Below are positions 44,826 through 55,239 of a stretch of DNA of 64,000 nucleotides, one piece after another (positions within the stretch are counted from its first letter, which is position 1; the number at the start of each line of letters is the position of its first letter). The DNA is from Bdellovibrionales bacterium (GTDB lineage Bacteria > Bdellovibrionota > Bdellovibrionia > Bdellovibrionales > DASUEL01). The notes under the pieces are model-generated. The model searched no databases, was not told the DNA's origin, and was given only the letters and a program-made list of their open reading frames with translations. A program made the position numbers and the translations under genes. Location of the stretch: the NCBI GenBank assembly GCA_050250255.1, contig JBFWOZ010000002.1, positions 64,001 through 128,000 of the forward strand. Direction: 5' to 3'.

Positions 44826-45644
44826 TTAAAATTTGTTCTTCAGAACTCTAACTTTGTAGCTGGATTTCAACTTTTCAAAGTATTTGTCGAAAATTTGTTT
44901 TCGTTTTTCGTCGAAAACAGCGGCGCGAATTTGTCGCTTGTTTGCTTTTGTGTAGGGGTTGCGACCCGTGAGCTTTATAATATGAAATCCAAACTCAGTT
45001 TCGACTAAGCGAGAAATCGCCCCCACTTTTAGGAGCTCGGCCGTGTTGTAGTACGCGGGAACAAGAGTGATTTTAGTCTGCCAGCCGATATCTCCACCCG
45101 CTTGTTTTGTTGCGGTATCGTCCGAGTAGAGATTGACGAGTTCTTCGAAGCTGCGCTTGCTGGATTTCACTTGAGAGTAAATGTCATCAGCACGTTTTTT
45201 AGCAGCTGCACGTTCAGTAGCAGAAGAGCCTGGTTTGATCTCAATCAAGATGTGGCTTGTTCTGATTTCAGGATTTTTTTTATAGTGAGCAACGAGATCG
45301 TTCTCGTTAATTTTAATACCTTCGACGGTTTTGCCGAGCTCTTTTTCGATTAAACCTTTATAAATTTCCTGCTGAATGCGTTCGGCTACAATCGGATCGT
45401 CTTTAATTTTTCGTTTTTCAGCCTCAAGAAGACCAATTTTATAACGAATAAGATCTTCTAAGAAGAGTTCACGTGGAGGAGGATTTAATGACTGCTTTCG
45501 AACCTCTTCGTAGCGCTTACTAAACTCATCGATCGCGATTTTTTCATCGCCAACAGTAGCAATCACTTCGGATTGTGCCTGGGCTGCAAAAGAAAAAAAG
45601 ATCAATCCAAAGGCAATGTATAGACTCAAAGTAGTTTTCATCAT
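44826..45644 (-). CDS. Parvulin (PpiC-type) PPIase, secreted
   Basis: SHILI, YSDD, GGDIGW, TEFGFHIIK. Confidence 0.9.
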   Translation of the reverse strand: MMKTTLSLYIAFGLIFFSFAAQAQSEVIATVGDEKIAIDEFSKRYEEVRKQSLNPPPRELFLEDLIRYKIGLLEAEKRKIKDDPIVAERIQQEIYKGLIEKELGKTVEGIKINENDLVAHYKKNPEIRTSHILIEIKPGSSATERAAAKKRADDIYSQVKSSKRSFEELVNLYSDDTATKQAGGDIGWQTKITLVPAYYNTAELLKVGAISRLVETEFGFHIIKLTGRNPYTKANKRQIRAAVFDEKRKQIFDKYFEKLKSSYKVRVLKNKF

Positions 45645-45671
45645 TTTTACCTCTAATTTAGAGTATTTAGG

Positions 45672-46328
45672 CTAGCACTGGGCATCAGGAGGCGCAATGA
45701 GTTTACGGGCGGCATGTCCCGCAGCGGCAAGTGCAGATTCAAGTCGAGTTGCAAGCTCAGGATCACGAGGATCCTCACTTGTCACCATTGGCAGGGGCTC
45801 ACCCCAAACGACAGCGACTTTCGAAAAAGGAAACGGGAGCTGAGCTTTGTTCCAGGACTTTTCAAAAATATGTTTATGAGAAGCTGCGATGGCGAGAGGG
45901 ACAATGGGCGCTTCAAGCACTTTTGAAATCTGAAAAACGCCAGGCTTTGCCTTGTGGTAAGGGCCCTTGGGTCCGTCCACGGCAACGCATGGATTGTAAC
46001 CATTTTGACTGTGTCGCAAAAGCCCCTTCAGGGCGGTCACTCCTCCGCGAGTCGAAGAGCCACGTGAGGTTTTTACGCCAAGCCATCTCACGACACGATC
46101 AAGAAGTTCGCCGTCTCGGCTGGTGGAAGTCATGGTTGCGACCTTGTAGAAGCGGGAAAGCGGAATCACGGCGAGCTCGTCACCGTGCCAAAAGGCATAA
46201 ACCGCAGATCTCTTCTCTCGAAGAAGTTTTTTTAGCCCTTCAGATTCAACAACGGTGACTCGCCAGGAGCGAGTCCATAAAAAATAAACAACAAAGAGAA
46301 GCGGGGGCAAAAAAAATTGGCGGAACAA
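45672..46328 (-). CDS. DUF374 / lysophospholipid-acyltransferase-like protein
   Basis: FWH, S.SRDGE, RGSS.RGG, DGPKGP, SWNK..LP.PF. Confidence 0.85.
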   Translation of the reverse strand: MFRQFFLPPLLFVVYFLWTRSWRVTVVESEGLKKLLREKRSAVYAFWHGDELAVIPLSRFYKVATMTSTSRDGELLDRVVRWLGVKTSRGSSTRGGVTALKGLLRHSQNGYNPCVAVDGPKGPYHKAKPGVFQISKVLEAPIVPLAIAASHKHIFEKSWNKAQLPFPFSKVAVVWGEPLPMVTSEDPRDPELATRLESALAAAGHAARKLIAPPDAQC

Positions 46329-46332
46329 AATT

Positions 46333-47298
46333 TTACCCTAAAACTTTTTTGAACTCTTCCGTGAGCTTAGGAAGAACCTCAAACGCGTCGCCCACAATTC
46401 CGTAAGTGGCTTTTTTGAAAATAGGAGCTTCAGGATCTTTGTTAATCGCAACAATCACTTTACTCGAGCTCATGCCCGCAAGATGTTGGATAGCTCCAGA
46501 GATTCCGCATGCGATGTAAAGGCTTGGAGCCACAGTCTTACCTGTTTGCCCAACTTGCATAGAGTGAGGAACCCACCCGGCATCCACGACCGCACGCGAG
46601 GCACCGACGGTGGCGCCCAGAACGTCAGCCAAATCGTTAAGAAGCTTAAAGTGTTCTGGGCCCTTCATTCCGCGACCGCCGGAAACAATGATGTTGGCTT
46701 CGGAAAGATCGAGTTTTGCGGAGGTTCCGCGAACAATATTTTTCACAATCGTTTTAAGAGATAAACTTGGTGCTGGCAGAACCTGAACTTGCGGCTTATC
46801 AGAGCCCTGAGCCGTCGGTAAAGGAAGTTGGTTGGCTCTCATGAGAACAATTTTCGTTGGAGAATTTTTAAAGTTCACTTGAGCTGTACATTTCCCAGCG
46901 TAGAGAGGTTTTCTTGCTTCAACGTCGCTTCCAGAAAATTTAAGCTCTGTGCAATCTGCTGCGAAACCTGCTTTGAGTTGAGCGGCCAGGCGCGGAAGCG
47001 CATCACGTGCGCTACTTGAGCCAGAGGCTAAAATCACGTCAGGTGCAACATGGGCTGCGGCCGTCGTGAGAAGCGAAAGATAAAGCTCGCTGTTGTAATT
47101 ATTGAGAGTTGCATCATCACATATGAGCGCCGCCTTCACGCCAAAGCCTGCGAGATTTTCTGCTGCGGTTTTTGCGCCCGCACCGAGAAAGAGTACCGTG
47201 AGCTCCGCGCCAGATTTTGTGCTGACACCCACGAGTTCCAGTGTTGATGTTTTTACTTTTCCTTCAGAGTGTTCGCCGTAAACTAAAACTTTTGCCAT
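46333..47298 (-). CDS. etfA: Electron transfer flavoprotein alpha
   Basis: [24 protein letters not shown]. Confidence 0.97.
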   Translation of the reverse strand: MAKVLVYGEHSEGKVKTSTLELVGVSTKSGAELTVLFLGAGAKTAAENLAGFGVKAALICDDATLNNYNSELYLSLLTTAAAHVAPDVILASGSSSARDALPRLAAQLKAGFAADCTELKFSGSDVEARKPLYAGKCTAQVNFKNSPTKIVLMRANQLPLPTAQGSDKPQVQVLPAPSLSLKTIVKNIVRGTSAKLDLSEANIIVSGGRGMKGPEHFKLLNDLADVLGATVGASRAVVDAGWVPHSMQVGQTGKTVAPSLYIACGISGAIQHLAGMSSSKVIVAINKDPEAPIFKKATYGIVGDAFEVLPKLTEEFKKVLG

Positions 47299-47305
47299 AT
47301 GTTCC

Positions 47306-48073
47306 TCACACTACCTTTGCTTCTTCACGAAGTAGTTTTACAAGTTCAGCTGATTGAGCGGCACTATCGCCAGATAATATTTTGCATGCCGGTCGATCGG
47401 GCGGAAGTTGGAAGGATGAATAGCTTACGCGCTGATCTTCAGGGGAAATGGAGAGAGCTGAAAGAGAAGATTCCTGAAGGGTTTTCTTTTTTGCTTTCAT
47501 GATTCCCGGTAGGCTCGCGTAGCGAGGAGTGTTCAGGCCCTTGTTTGCGCCAATCACTGCAGGCAATGTGAGCTCAAGGGTTTCCTTCGCGCCGCCTTCG
47601 GCCTCGCGTTCCACTGTCACCTTGTCTGCGCCCCACTCGAATTTCGAAACAACCGTTGCGTGTGTGTAGCCAAGCTCTTCGGCCAACATTTGAGTGACGG
47701 CCATAGAGTTATCATCGATGGCGGCTTTTCCCGAAAATATAATTTTTGGAGCTTTAGGTTTGATTGCGGCGGCAAGAGCGCGCGCGGCGGTTAAGTTATC
47801 GATATTTTCAGGAGCATCAATCACCATCGCTTCATCAGCCCCCATCGCAAGTGCTGTGCGGAGAGTTTCCGAAACGCTTTGCTTTGGCCCAACACTCACG
47901 ACGGTCACTGTAGATCCGGCAACTTGAGTTTTGAGTTTCAAAGCTTCCTCGATGGCGAACTCATCGTAAGGATTTAGAATCCATTTTGTTCCAGCAAAAT
48001 CGAGACTGTTACCCGTCACCTTGATCTTTGTTTCGGTGTCGGGAACTTGTTTTACACATACGAATATTTCCAT
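47306..48073 (-). CDS. etfB: Electron transfer flavoprotein beta
   Basis: VCVKQVPDT, NPYD, ALAMGAD, PRYASLPGIMKA. Confidence 0.97.
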   Translation of the reverse strand: MEIFVCVKQVPDTETKIKVTGNSLDFAGTKWILNPYDEFAIEEALKLKTQVAGSTVTVVSVGPKQSVSETLRTALAMGADEAMVIDAPENIDNLTAARALAAAIKPKAPKIIFSGKAAIDDNSMAVTQMLAEELGYTHATVVSKFEWGADKVTVEREAEGGAKETLELTLPAVIGANKGLNTPRYASLPGIMKAKKKTLQESSLSALSISPEDQRVSYSSFQLPPDRPACKILSGDSAAQSAELVKLLREEAKVV

Positions 48074-48424
48074 GAATCCTCCAAGGCTAACCGCGCTTCA
48101 TAGCGGTTCTTATAACGACGCTCTCATGTTGTAATGAGGACCCGTCGAATGTCGAGCCTGAGATAGCAACTATGATGAGATTAATAACAGGTCAACCAAT
48201 GATTCAGAATTTGGAGACCGACAAAGGTCTAGAGAAAGCTGGACCAAAGTTTTGACTGTGGGGGTTGACCGCGAGCGTTACGGCATTTTTATTTCGTTCA
48301 CTATTGAACGTGCATAACATGATTTCACTAATGAGTTTGATAAGGGCTTAAGAAGGATTCTGAGCTCGACACGGATTGAGGAAGTTCGGAGGGAAGCTTT
48401 ACTCAGTCTTTTCATGGAGGAATC

Positions 48425-50071
48425 ATGAATAAGTTTTTATTTATTGCCACGACTTTGATGGCATCAGTGGTATTTGCAAAAACGAAAACGCCAGAAGCAG
48501 TGCCCGGCGAATTCGTTGTTAAATTGAAGCCAGCATTCGTTTCAATTTCGGCACAAGCGTTATCTCAGCAACTGCAAGCTCAAGTAAAAGAAGTGATCAA
48601 CAGAGAGGGCGATCTCGTACTTGTACAAAAACAAGGTACACGCAAATCCGCAATCGCAAGCCTCAGCTCAACGGGCATTGTGGAGTATGCAGAACCAAAC
48701 TTCATCTACCGCATTGGTGGGATGACACCAGACGATGCTCAGTACAAAGAACTTTGGGGAATGAAAAACACAGGACAAACTGTGAGTAACGTACCGGGCG
48801 TTGCGGGCATTGATATCAATGCAGAAAAAGCTTGGGAAATCACAACAGGCTCTAAAAATGTGATCGTTGGAGTGATCGATACGGGCGTGGACTTCAATAT
48901 TCCAGATCTAAAAGCAACAGCTTGGGTGAACGAAGCGGAGGCCAAGGGTCGTGCTGGCGTTGATGATGACAAAAACGGCTATGTTGATGACATCAACGGA
49001 TACGACTTTGTAAACAACGACGGCGATCCAACAGATGATCATGGGCACGGCTCTCATGTTTCTGGAACCATCGGTGGTCAGGGAAATAACGGCATGGACG
49101 TTGTTGGTGTAAACTGGAACGTTACTATTATGGGGCTTAAGTTCCTTAGCGCCTCTGGAAGCGGATCGCTTGCATCTGCAATCAAAGCTATCGATTATGC
49201 GACAATGATGGGCGCTCATTTTACGAGCAACTCATGGGGTGGCGGTGGATTTTCTCAAGCCCTCTTTGATTCCATCAAAAAAGCGAACGACAAAAATATG
49301 TTGTTTATCGCTGCCGCTGGAAACAACGGAACAAACAACGATACGACTCCTCAATATCCCGCGAACTACCAAATTCCAAACGTGATCTCAGTTGCGGCGA
49401 TCACCAATACGGGTGCAAAGGCGAGCTTCTCTTGTTATGGCGCGAGAACGGTTCACGTAGGTGCTCCAGGAAATTACATTCTCAGCACGATTCCGATGGC
49501 GCTTGATGGTCAAGATGGAAAGCGTGATGGTCTTGCGAGCTGGAGAGGAACATCAATGGCGACTCCGCACGTTTCAGGTGTTGCGGCACTTGTTCTTGCG
49601 AAATATCCAGGCATGTCAGCGATGGAACTTAAAGATCGTCTTGTGAAAACGGCACGTCCTCTTTCTGGCATGAAGGGTGTTGTGAGTAGCGGTGGCATCG
49701 TAGATGCGTACAACGCTCTCACGAATACAATGCCGCCGCCAGATGCGAACGATCCTGCCAACTGGCCGCAAGTGGATCACATGCTCTCTTCACCACACCC
49801 TTATGGCAATAACGTGAATCAAACGTTCACCGTAACGATTCCGGATGCGACAAAGATTGCGCTCACTTTTTCAAAATTTGAGACAGAAGCTGGGTACGAC
49901 ATCGTGAAATTTTATGATGGCGCGGGAGTAGAGCTTGGTTCGTTTTCTGGAAACCACACTGGAGAGTTTTCGCCCGTTGCTATGGGGAATACGATCAAGA
50001 TGGTTTTCACAACTGACGGAGATGTGACTCAGTACGGGTTTGATATCACGAAGGTTGCGATTCAGAAGTAA
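48425..50071 (+). CDS. Secreted S8 subtilase with prodomain and C-terminal CUB-like domain
   Basis: Catalytic VIDTG, HGSHVSG and GTSMATPH; C-terminal SPHPY...FETEAGYD...FTTDGDV..YGF. Confidence 0.93.
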   Translation: MNKFLFIATTLMASVVFAKTKTPEAVPGEFVVKLKPAFVSISAQALSQQLQAQVKEVINREGDLVLVQKQGTRKSAIASLSSTGIVEYAEPNFIYRIGGMTPDDAQYKELWGMKNTGQTVSNVPGVAGIDINAEKAWEITTGSKNVIVGVIDTGVDFNIPDLKATAWVNEAEAKGRAGVDDDKNGYVDDINGYDFVNNDGDPTDDHGHGSHVSGTIGGQGNNGMDVVGVNWNVTIMGLKFLSASGSGSLASAIKAIDYATMMGAHFTSNSWGGGGFSQALFDSIKKANDKNMLFIAAAGNNGTNNDTTPQYPANYQIPNVISVAAITNTGAKASFSCYGARTVHVGAPGNYILSTIPMALDGQDGKRDGLASWRGTSMATPHVSGVAALVLAKYPGMSAMELKDRLVKTARPLSGMKGVVSSGGIVDAYNALTNTMPPPDANDPANWPQVDHMLSSPHPYGNNVNQTFTVTIPDATKIALTFSKFETEAGYDIVKFYDGAGVELGSFSGNHTGEFSPVAMGNTIKMVFTTDGDVTQYGFDITKVAIQK

Positions 50072-50097
50072 TTCCGAGTTTTAAAGAATACTTGTGT

Positions 50098-50129
50098 AAA
50101 GGCCAGGTCACAAAAACCTGGCTTTTTTT
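50098..50129 (+). terminator. Intrinsic terminator
   Basis: GCCAGGT-N7-ACCTGGC followed by T7. Confidence 0.85.
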
Positions 50130-51078
50130 ATTCGAGAGCTCGATCAGAATTTTTTTTTACCTTTGAGCTGCTTTTGGCGGCGGGTTTCTCTGCAGGGTAG
50201 TCCACTTGATTCAAAAACTTCTCGATACGCAAGTTTACAAAATCAGGCATATCAAGTTGAGTGCAGTGGGAGCCATAAGGAACGATAAGGAGTTCACTCC
50301 CCTTGATGTTGTTATGCAGAGTTCTTTGGTAGGGGAGTGCGGTCACGGTATCTTTGTCGCCACCGATAATAAGAGTGGGAGCTTGAATGCGATCAAGTAC
50401 AAGACGACCGTCGTAAGTCATCATTTGCTCAAAGAGCTGGAGAAACACGTCCATTTCGATAGAGGCGACGCCGCGAGCGTAAATCTCAATGTCTTTGAAG
50501 CTTGTTAGACTTAAATTAAATCCGCCCGCCCACCCTGTTAATCGAAGCGCAATCGGATTCGTCACTGCAAACTTCCAAAGGTAAGAAATAGTTTCGGGCA
50601 TTTGTTCATAACCTTGTTTGAAGGCTTTAAACGCTTGAGTCACAGCATCGAGCCCGAACATGCCTTGAATCGGATTTGTCGCAAACCCGTTCACTAAAAT
50701 CATGTTGTGGAAAAGTTGTGGAGCAAGCTCATAAGTGCGTAACAAAATTTGCGCTCCAAAACTGTGTCCTAAAAAACAGGACTTATCGATTTTCAAATGT
50801 TGGCAGAGGGCGGCAACATCTCGAGCAATCGCATCGATAGAGAGATGAGATCGATCTTTAGGAATCCCCGACTTGTGATGACCGCGATAATCGAAAGTGA
50901 TGCAGCTATATTTTTGAGAGAAGGCACGAATTTGGTGTCGCCAATGATTAGATCCGCAGGCAATTCCGTAGGCAAAAATCAGAGGAAGTCCTTGGCCACG
51001 TACTTCGTAGTAGATGGGTGTGCCATCGAAGCTTTCAAAATAACCAGTGCTTTTGGAGACAGTACTTTTCGTACTCAT
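50128..51078 (-). CDS. Alpha/beta hydrolase
   Basis: DYRGH, nucleophile GHSFG, Asp in GDKD, His in GSHC. Confidence 0.9.
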   Translation of the reverse strand: MSTKSTVSKSTGYFESFDGTPIYYEVRGQGLPLIFAYGIACGSNHWRHQIRAFSQKYSCITFDYRGHHKSGIPKDRSHLSIDAIARDVAALCQHLKIDKSCFLGHSFGAQILLRTYELAPQLFHNMILVNGFATNPIQGMFGLDAVTQAFKAFKQGYEQMPETISYLWKFAVTNPIALRLTGWAGGFNLSLTSFKDIEIYARGVASIEMDVFLQLFEQMMTYDGRLVLDRIQAPTLIIGGDKDTVTALPYQRTLHNNIKGSELLIVPYGSHCTQLDMPDFVNLRIEKFLNQVDYPAEKPAAKSSSKVKKNSDRALE

Positions 51079-51095
51079 ATTCGTCGCTTCCGAAG

Positions 51096-51776
51096 CTATT
51101 TTAGCAAAACCTTCATTCGTGTTTCAAAAATGGAGATGATATCGCCATCCTTTAGCTTTTCGGAAGAAACAGGGCTTTCATTAAGAAGTACAGTCTTTTG
51201 GTGGAGGGTTTTAAAAATAATATGCCCGCCTTCGTCGGGCGAAAGAGTGAAACAAAGCGAGGGAGCTCCGGACTCAAGAATGGGACAATCAAAACTATGT
51301 GGACCAACGGACCGAGGACCATAAGCGAAGGAGTAAATCTCCCCTTTTTGAGGGCCCTTAAGAAAATGGAGCTCTAACAGATGTCGAAACCCAAGGGGGC
51401 TCCCATTCTTTTTTGGGGGATCGATGGGGGTCTCGGACGCTATGCGTTGGACCGTAGATCTCCAGCTTTCAACAGAAGCTCTCTCCGAGTCGGGAATTTC
51501 TACAACAAAATGGGTGATGCCTATAGAGAACTCCACGCCTTCTTCGAGGGGGACCTCTAAAACCTTCCCCCCATTGAAACGGATTTTGTTGGTGGAGCCC
51601 AAGTCAACGAGAACATAGGTGTTTTTCCGATTTTCTAAAAGGCGGATCTCCGCATGGAGTTGGGAAGCCTTACCGTCTTTCAGGTTAAAGTCAGCCCCCG
51701 ATCGGCCAATTTTTATACCTGCGCGGATTTCAATTTCATCCCCTTGACGAGGACCTTTTGTGATTCTTAATTTCAT
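51096..51776 (-). CDS. Tandem FHA-domain protein
   Basis: IGR...ASQLHA...DLGSTN; second degenerate FHA ending LKDGDII; start reassigned to ATG 51776. Confidence 0.85.
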   Translation of the reverse strand: MKLRITKGPRQGDEIEIRAGIKIGRSGADFNLKDGKASQLHAEIRLLENRKNTYVLVDLGSTNKIRFNGGKVLEVPLEEGVEFSIGITHFVVEIPDSERASVESWRSTVQRIASETPIDPPKKNGSPLGFRHLLELHFLKGPQKGEIYSFAYGPRSVGPHSFDCPILESGAPSLCFTLSPDEGGHIIFKTLHQKTVLLNESPVSSEKLKDGDIISIFETRMKVLLK

Positions 51777-51892
51777 TCGAGAATGGCCCTTGTCCAGACC
51801 CCCTCCACATGGTAATACTCTGAGCCCAAAATTCGAAACAAGCAACCCGTTCCCCACATAAGTTTGGGGGACTATTTAACCGAGGGTAGACT

Positions 51893-52471
51893 ATGCAAAA
51901 GACCACTGAAGTTGCGTCTAAAGGACGTAAATCATCCACAGGCGCTCAAAAAGAAGCCGCCGTCAAAGCTTACGAATCTGTGATCATTTTGAATCCAGAA
52001 AGTGCTTTGGAAACACAAAAAGATCTTTTTAAGAAAAATAAAAAGATTATTGAAGAGCATAACGGAAGTGTTCACACCGTTGAAACTTGGGGCAAGCGCA
52101 TCCTTGCGAACCCTATCGAAAAGTTTGCACGTGGACTTTACTTTCACACCACATTCTATGCAGACACAAAAGCTGTGGCGGAACTTGAAAGAACAATGCG
52201 TATTAACGACAAAGTTCTTCGTTTCATTCACACTCGCCTAGAAGATGGAACAGAGCTTGCTCAACATCTTGAAAAATTTAAGACAGAGCTTGCAAACAAT
52301 GCTCAGCGTGAGCGTGAGCGTGAAGCAAAACAAGCCGAGAAGCGTGCTGCTATGAAGAGATTTGATGGCGATGGCGATGAAGGCGGCGGTCGCGGCGGCC
52401 GTGGCGGTCGTGATGGCGGTCGCGGCGGCGGTCGTTTTGAAGGTAAGTTCGACGAAGGCGAAGAAGAGTAA
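51893..52471 (+). CDS. rpsF: 30S ribosomal protein S6 with long extensions
   Basis: YESVIILNP, WGKR.LA.PI, VLRF. Confidence 0.95.
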   Translation: MQKTTEVASKGRKSSTGAQKEAAVKAYESVIILNPESALETQKDLFKKNKKIIEEHNGSVHTVETWGKRILANPIEKFARGLYFHTTFYADTKAVAELERTMRINDKVLRFIHTRLEDGTELAQHLEKFKTELANNAQREREREAKQAEKRAAMKRFDGDGDEGGGRGGRGGRDGGRGGGRFEGKFDEGEEE

Positions 52472-52488
52472 TTTCGTAGTCAGTAACT

Positions 52489-53376
52489 ATGAGCACAGCA
52501 CTTCGCGCGCCTCTTAAGGCACTCTTTTTAACTTTGACGACGGTGTTTCTGTCGCTGGCTACGATTGTGGTTGCGACAGTTCCGCTCGTAATTCTTCGCC
52601 GAGAATTCGGCCGAGGAATCTATCTTGCACTTTCGGCAGCGGCGATTGGCGCCCTGCTCACAAGTCGTCAGGCGGAAACCAGTATCGTGCTGTTTACAGC
52701 ATTTTTATTGGTCGCTGTTTATGTTGAAGCAAAAGAGTTAGGGTTAAGTCATATGTACTCAGGAGCCATAGGCATTTTGTTTGTTGCGGGAAGCCTCTAT
52801 TGTGCGGGACATTTTTGGCTGCGCAGTCAGGGCTCAAGTTTTACGATGTTTTTCACAGAAAAGATCGAAATGTTTTCGCAGCAACTTCAAGCTATGGATC
52901 CAAAGATAAAACTCGATACCGCGACACTAGTAGCGCAAACACCCTCTGCGATGATCATTCTTCTCGCAGTCAGTATTTGGTTAGCTATGTTGTGGGATGT
53001 GCGAATGAACTCTGCGCCAGCCCTTGACGAGGAGGGCCCTCGCGGACTTGAAACATTTCGAGCCCCAGATTGGTTTGTTTGGATTTTTCTGGCTTCGATC
53101 TTGGGAAGCTTTCTCGAGTTAAACGTACCGGCTGTGCAAGTGGCCGCTACAAACGTTCTGAACATCGCGGTGTTGGTCTATTTTTTCCAAGGGATAGCGA
53201 TTGTAGGAATGTTTTTTAGAAAGCAAAAAATGGGGCCGTTTTGGCAGGCCTTAGGATACTTTTTATTGATAGCTCAGCTATTTTTATTCGTGGCGATGTT
53301 AGGTTTTATCGATTTGTGGATCGATTTTAGAGCAAAAATGATAAAGAAATCAGAGCAAAGAACCGGAGAGGTATAA
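52489..53376 (+). CDS. DUF2232/YybS-family membrane protein
   Basis: Multi-TM, YFFQG.A, LG..D.W.DFR; upstream of rplI. Confidence 0.88.
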   Translation: MSTALRAPLKALFLTLTTVFLSLATIVVATVPLVILRREFGRGIYLALSAAAIGALLTSRQAETSIVLFTAFLLVAVYVEAKELGLSHMYSGAIGILFVAGSLYCAGHFWLRSQGSSFTMFFTEKIEMFSQQLQAMDPKIKLDTATLVAQTPSAMIILLAVSIWLAMLWDVRMNSAPALDEEGPRGLETFRAPDWFVWIFLASILGSFLELNVPAVQVAATNVLNIAVLVYFFQGIAIVGMFFRKQKMGPFWQALGYFLLIAQLFLFVAMLGFIDLWIDFRAKMIKKSEQRTGEV

Positions 53377-53377
53377 A

Positions 53378-53824
53378 ATGAGAGTAATTTTACAAAGTGA
53401 TGTGAAAAGCTTAGGGAAAGTCGGTGATTTAGTTCGTGTAAAAGACGGCTACGCACGCAACTTTCTTCTTCCGCGCAAACTCGCTGTTGAGGCGACAGAA
53501 AAACGTGCGAAAGAGTTAGAGCATCTTAAAAAGAGCGCTGACCAGAAAAAGAAAAAAGCCGTGGCTCAACGAAAAGAGCTCGTAAGTCAGCTTTCAAAAG
53601 TGAGCATCACTTTCAAATCTGAAGCGGGTGAAGATTCTGACAAATTGTTCGGAACCATCACGACAACCGACATTTCCAATGAACTTGAAAAACAAGGTTA
53701 CAACATTGATCGTCGAGACATCCATCTCGAAACACCGATCAAGCTCCTTGGTCAACACCGCGCAAGCATTAAGCTCGGCGAAGGCTTAGAAGCGACTCTC
53801 ACCGTTTCTGTTGAGAGGAAGTAA
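53378..53824 (+). CDS. rplI: 50S ribosomal protein L9
   Basis: LGKVGD.V.VKDGYARNFLLP, KLFG. Confidence 0.98.
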   Translation: MRVILQSDVKSLGKVGDLVRVKDGYARNFLLPRKLAVEATEKRAKELEHLKKSADQKKKKAVAQRKELVSQLSKVSITFKSEAGEDSDKLFGTITTTDISNELEKQGYNIDRRDIHLETPIKLLGQHRASIKLGEGLEATLTVSVERK

Positions 53825-55239
53825 TGCAAGTTCGTGTTCCACCCCATAATAATGAGGCGGAACAATCGGTACTGGGGGGGCTCATGCTGGAACCCAGTGC
53901 TTGGGATAATATTGCCGACATCGTGGGTGAGAAGGACTTCTACCGGACAGCCCATCAAAAAATCTTTGTGGCGATTCAGGATTTGAATCGCAAAGGTCAA
54001 CCAGCAGACGCTCTCGTCGTAACGAGTTTTCTGAAAGACAAACAAGAAATTGAAGAGGTTGGTGGCGCGGCATACATAGCCGAGCTCCTTTCTCTCACGC
54101 CATCTACGGCTTTTATTACGAACTACGCAAAAATTGTTCACGAAAAAGCGGTGCTTCGTCAGTTGATTCAAGTGACAACCAAGATTTCGGAGCAAGCTTA
54201 CGAAGCGGATTTTGAAGATCTCGATACATTTCTTGATCAGACCGAGGGACAAATTTTTAACGTTTCAGAAAAGAAAACATCGACGGGCTTAACGCCAGTC
54301 AAAGAACTTGTGAAGGTGAGTCTCGATATTATCGATGAGCGCTATCATAAGAAGGCCGCCATTACCGGAATTTCCTCGGGTTATGCCGAACTCGACAAGA
54401 TGACGGCAGGATTTCAACCGGGCGATTTTATTATTTTGGCGGCCCGTCCTTCTATGGGAAAGACGGCCCTTAGCTTAAACATGGCCCAGCACGCGGCTAT
54501 TCGCGAAAAGAAGAGCGTGGCTTACTTTTCCATCGAGATGGGTAAAGAACAATTGATGATGAGAATTTTGGCCTCTGAGGCCCGCGTATCGATGTCGAAT
54601 GTACGACTTGGAAATATTCCTGATGCGGCTTGGCCGAACCTGATTCAATCGGCCTCTGTGGTGAGCGAAGCGCCGATGTACATCGATGACACCTCTGGTA
54701 TCAGTCCCTTTGAGATTCGTTCAAAGGCACGCCGTTTAAAGCGCCAATACGGTCTTGATATGATCTTTATCGATTACTTACAGATCATGGATTTAAAACA
54801 AAAGGTTGAGAGTCGCGAAAGAATCGTTTCGGAAATGTCGCGCACGTTAAAGGCGATTGCACGTGAACTGAAAGTTCCGGTGATTGCTCTTTCTCAGCTG
54901 AACCGTTCGGTCGAGGGGCGATCCGAAAGAAAACCAATGCTTTCGGATCTTCGTGAGTCGGGATCGATCGAGCAAGACGCAGATTTGATTATGATGCTTT
55001 ATCGCGAAGAGTATTACGATCGAGATAACGTAGAAAACAAAGGGATTGCCGAAGTCCTCATTCAAAAACAAAGAAACGGTCCGACAGGTTCTGTGAAGCT
55101 GAAATGGTTTTCTGAATACGGTCGTTTTGAAAATCTTGAGCCATCTCGAGATATACCGCCGGTGCCTCCCGCACCCACAGGTCCAAGAGGCGCGCCATCT
55201 GCTGGCGGTATTAAACGTATTCCTAATTTTGCGCCTTAA
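53824..55239 (+). CDS. dnaB: Replicative DNA helicase
   Basis: AARPSMGKT, IDYLQ, SQLNR, DLRESGSIEQDAD; no intein. Confidence 0.98.
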   Translation: MQVRVPPHNNEAEQSVLGGLMLEPSAWDNIADIVGEKDFYRTAHQKIFVAIQDLNRKGQPADALVVTSFLKDKQEIEEVGGAAYIAELLSLTPSTAFITNYAKIVHEKAVLRQLIQVTTKISEQAYEADFEDLDTFLDQTEGQIFNVSEKKTSTGLTPVKELVKVSLDIIDERYHKKAAITGISSGYAELDKMTAGFQPGDFIILAARPSMGKTALSLNMAQHAAIREKKSVAYFSIEMGKEQLMMRILASEARVSMSNVRLGNIPDAAWPNLIQSASVVSEAPMYIDDTSGISPFEIRSKARRLKRQYGLDMIFIDYLQIMDLKQKVESRERIVSEMSRTLKAIARELKVPVIALSQLNRSVEGRSERKPMLSDLRESGSIEQDADLIMMLYREEYYDRDNVENKGIAEVLIQKQRNGPTGSVKLKWFSEYGRFENLEPSRDIPPVPPAPTGPRGAPSAGGIKRIPNFAP

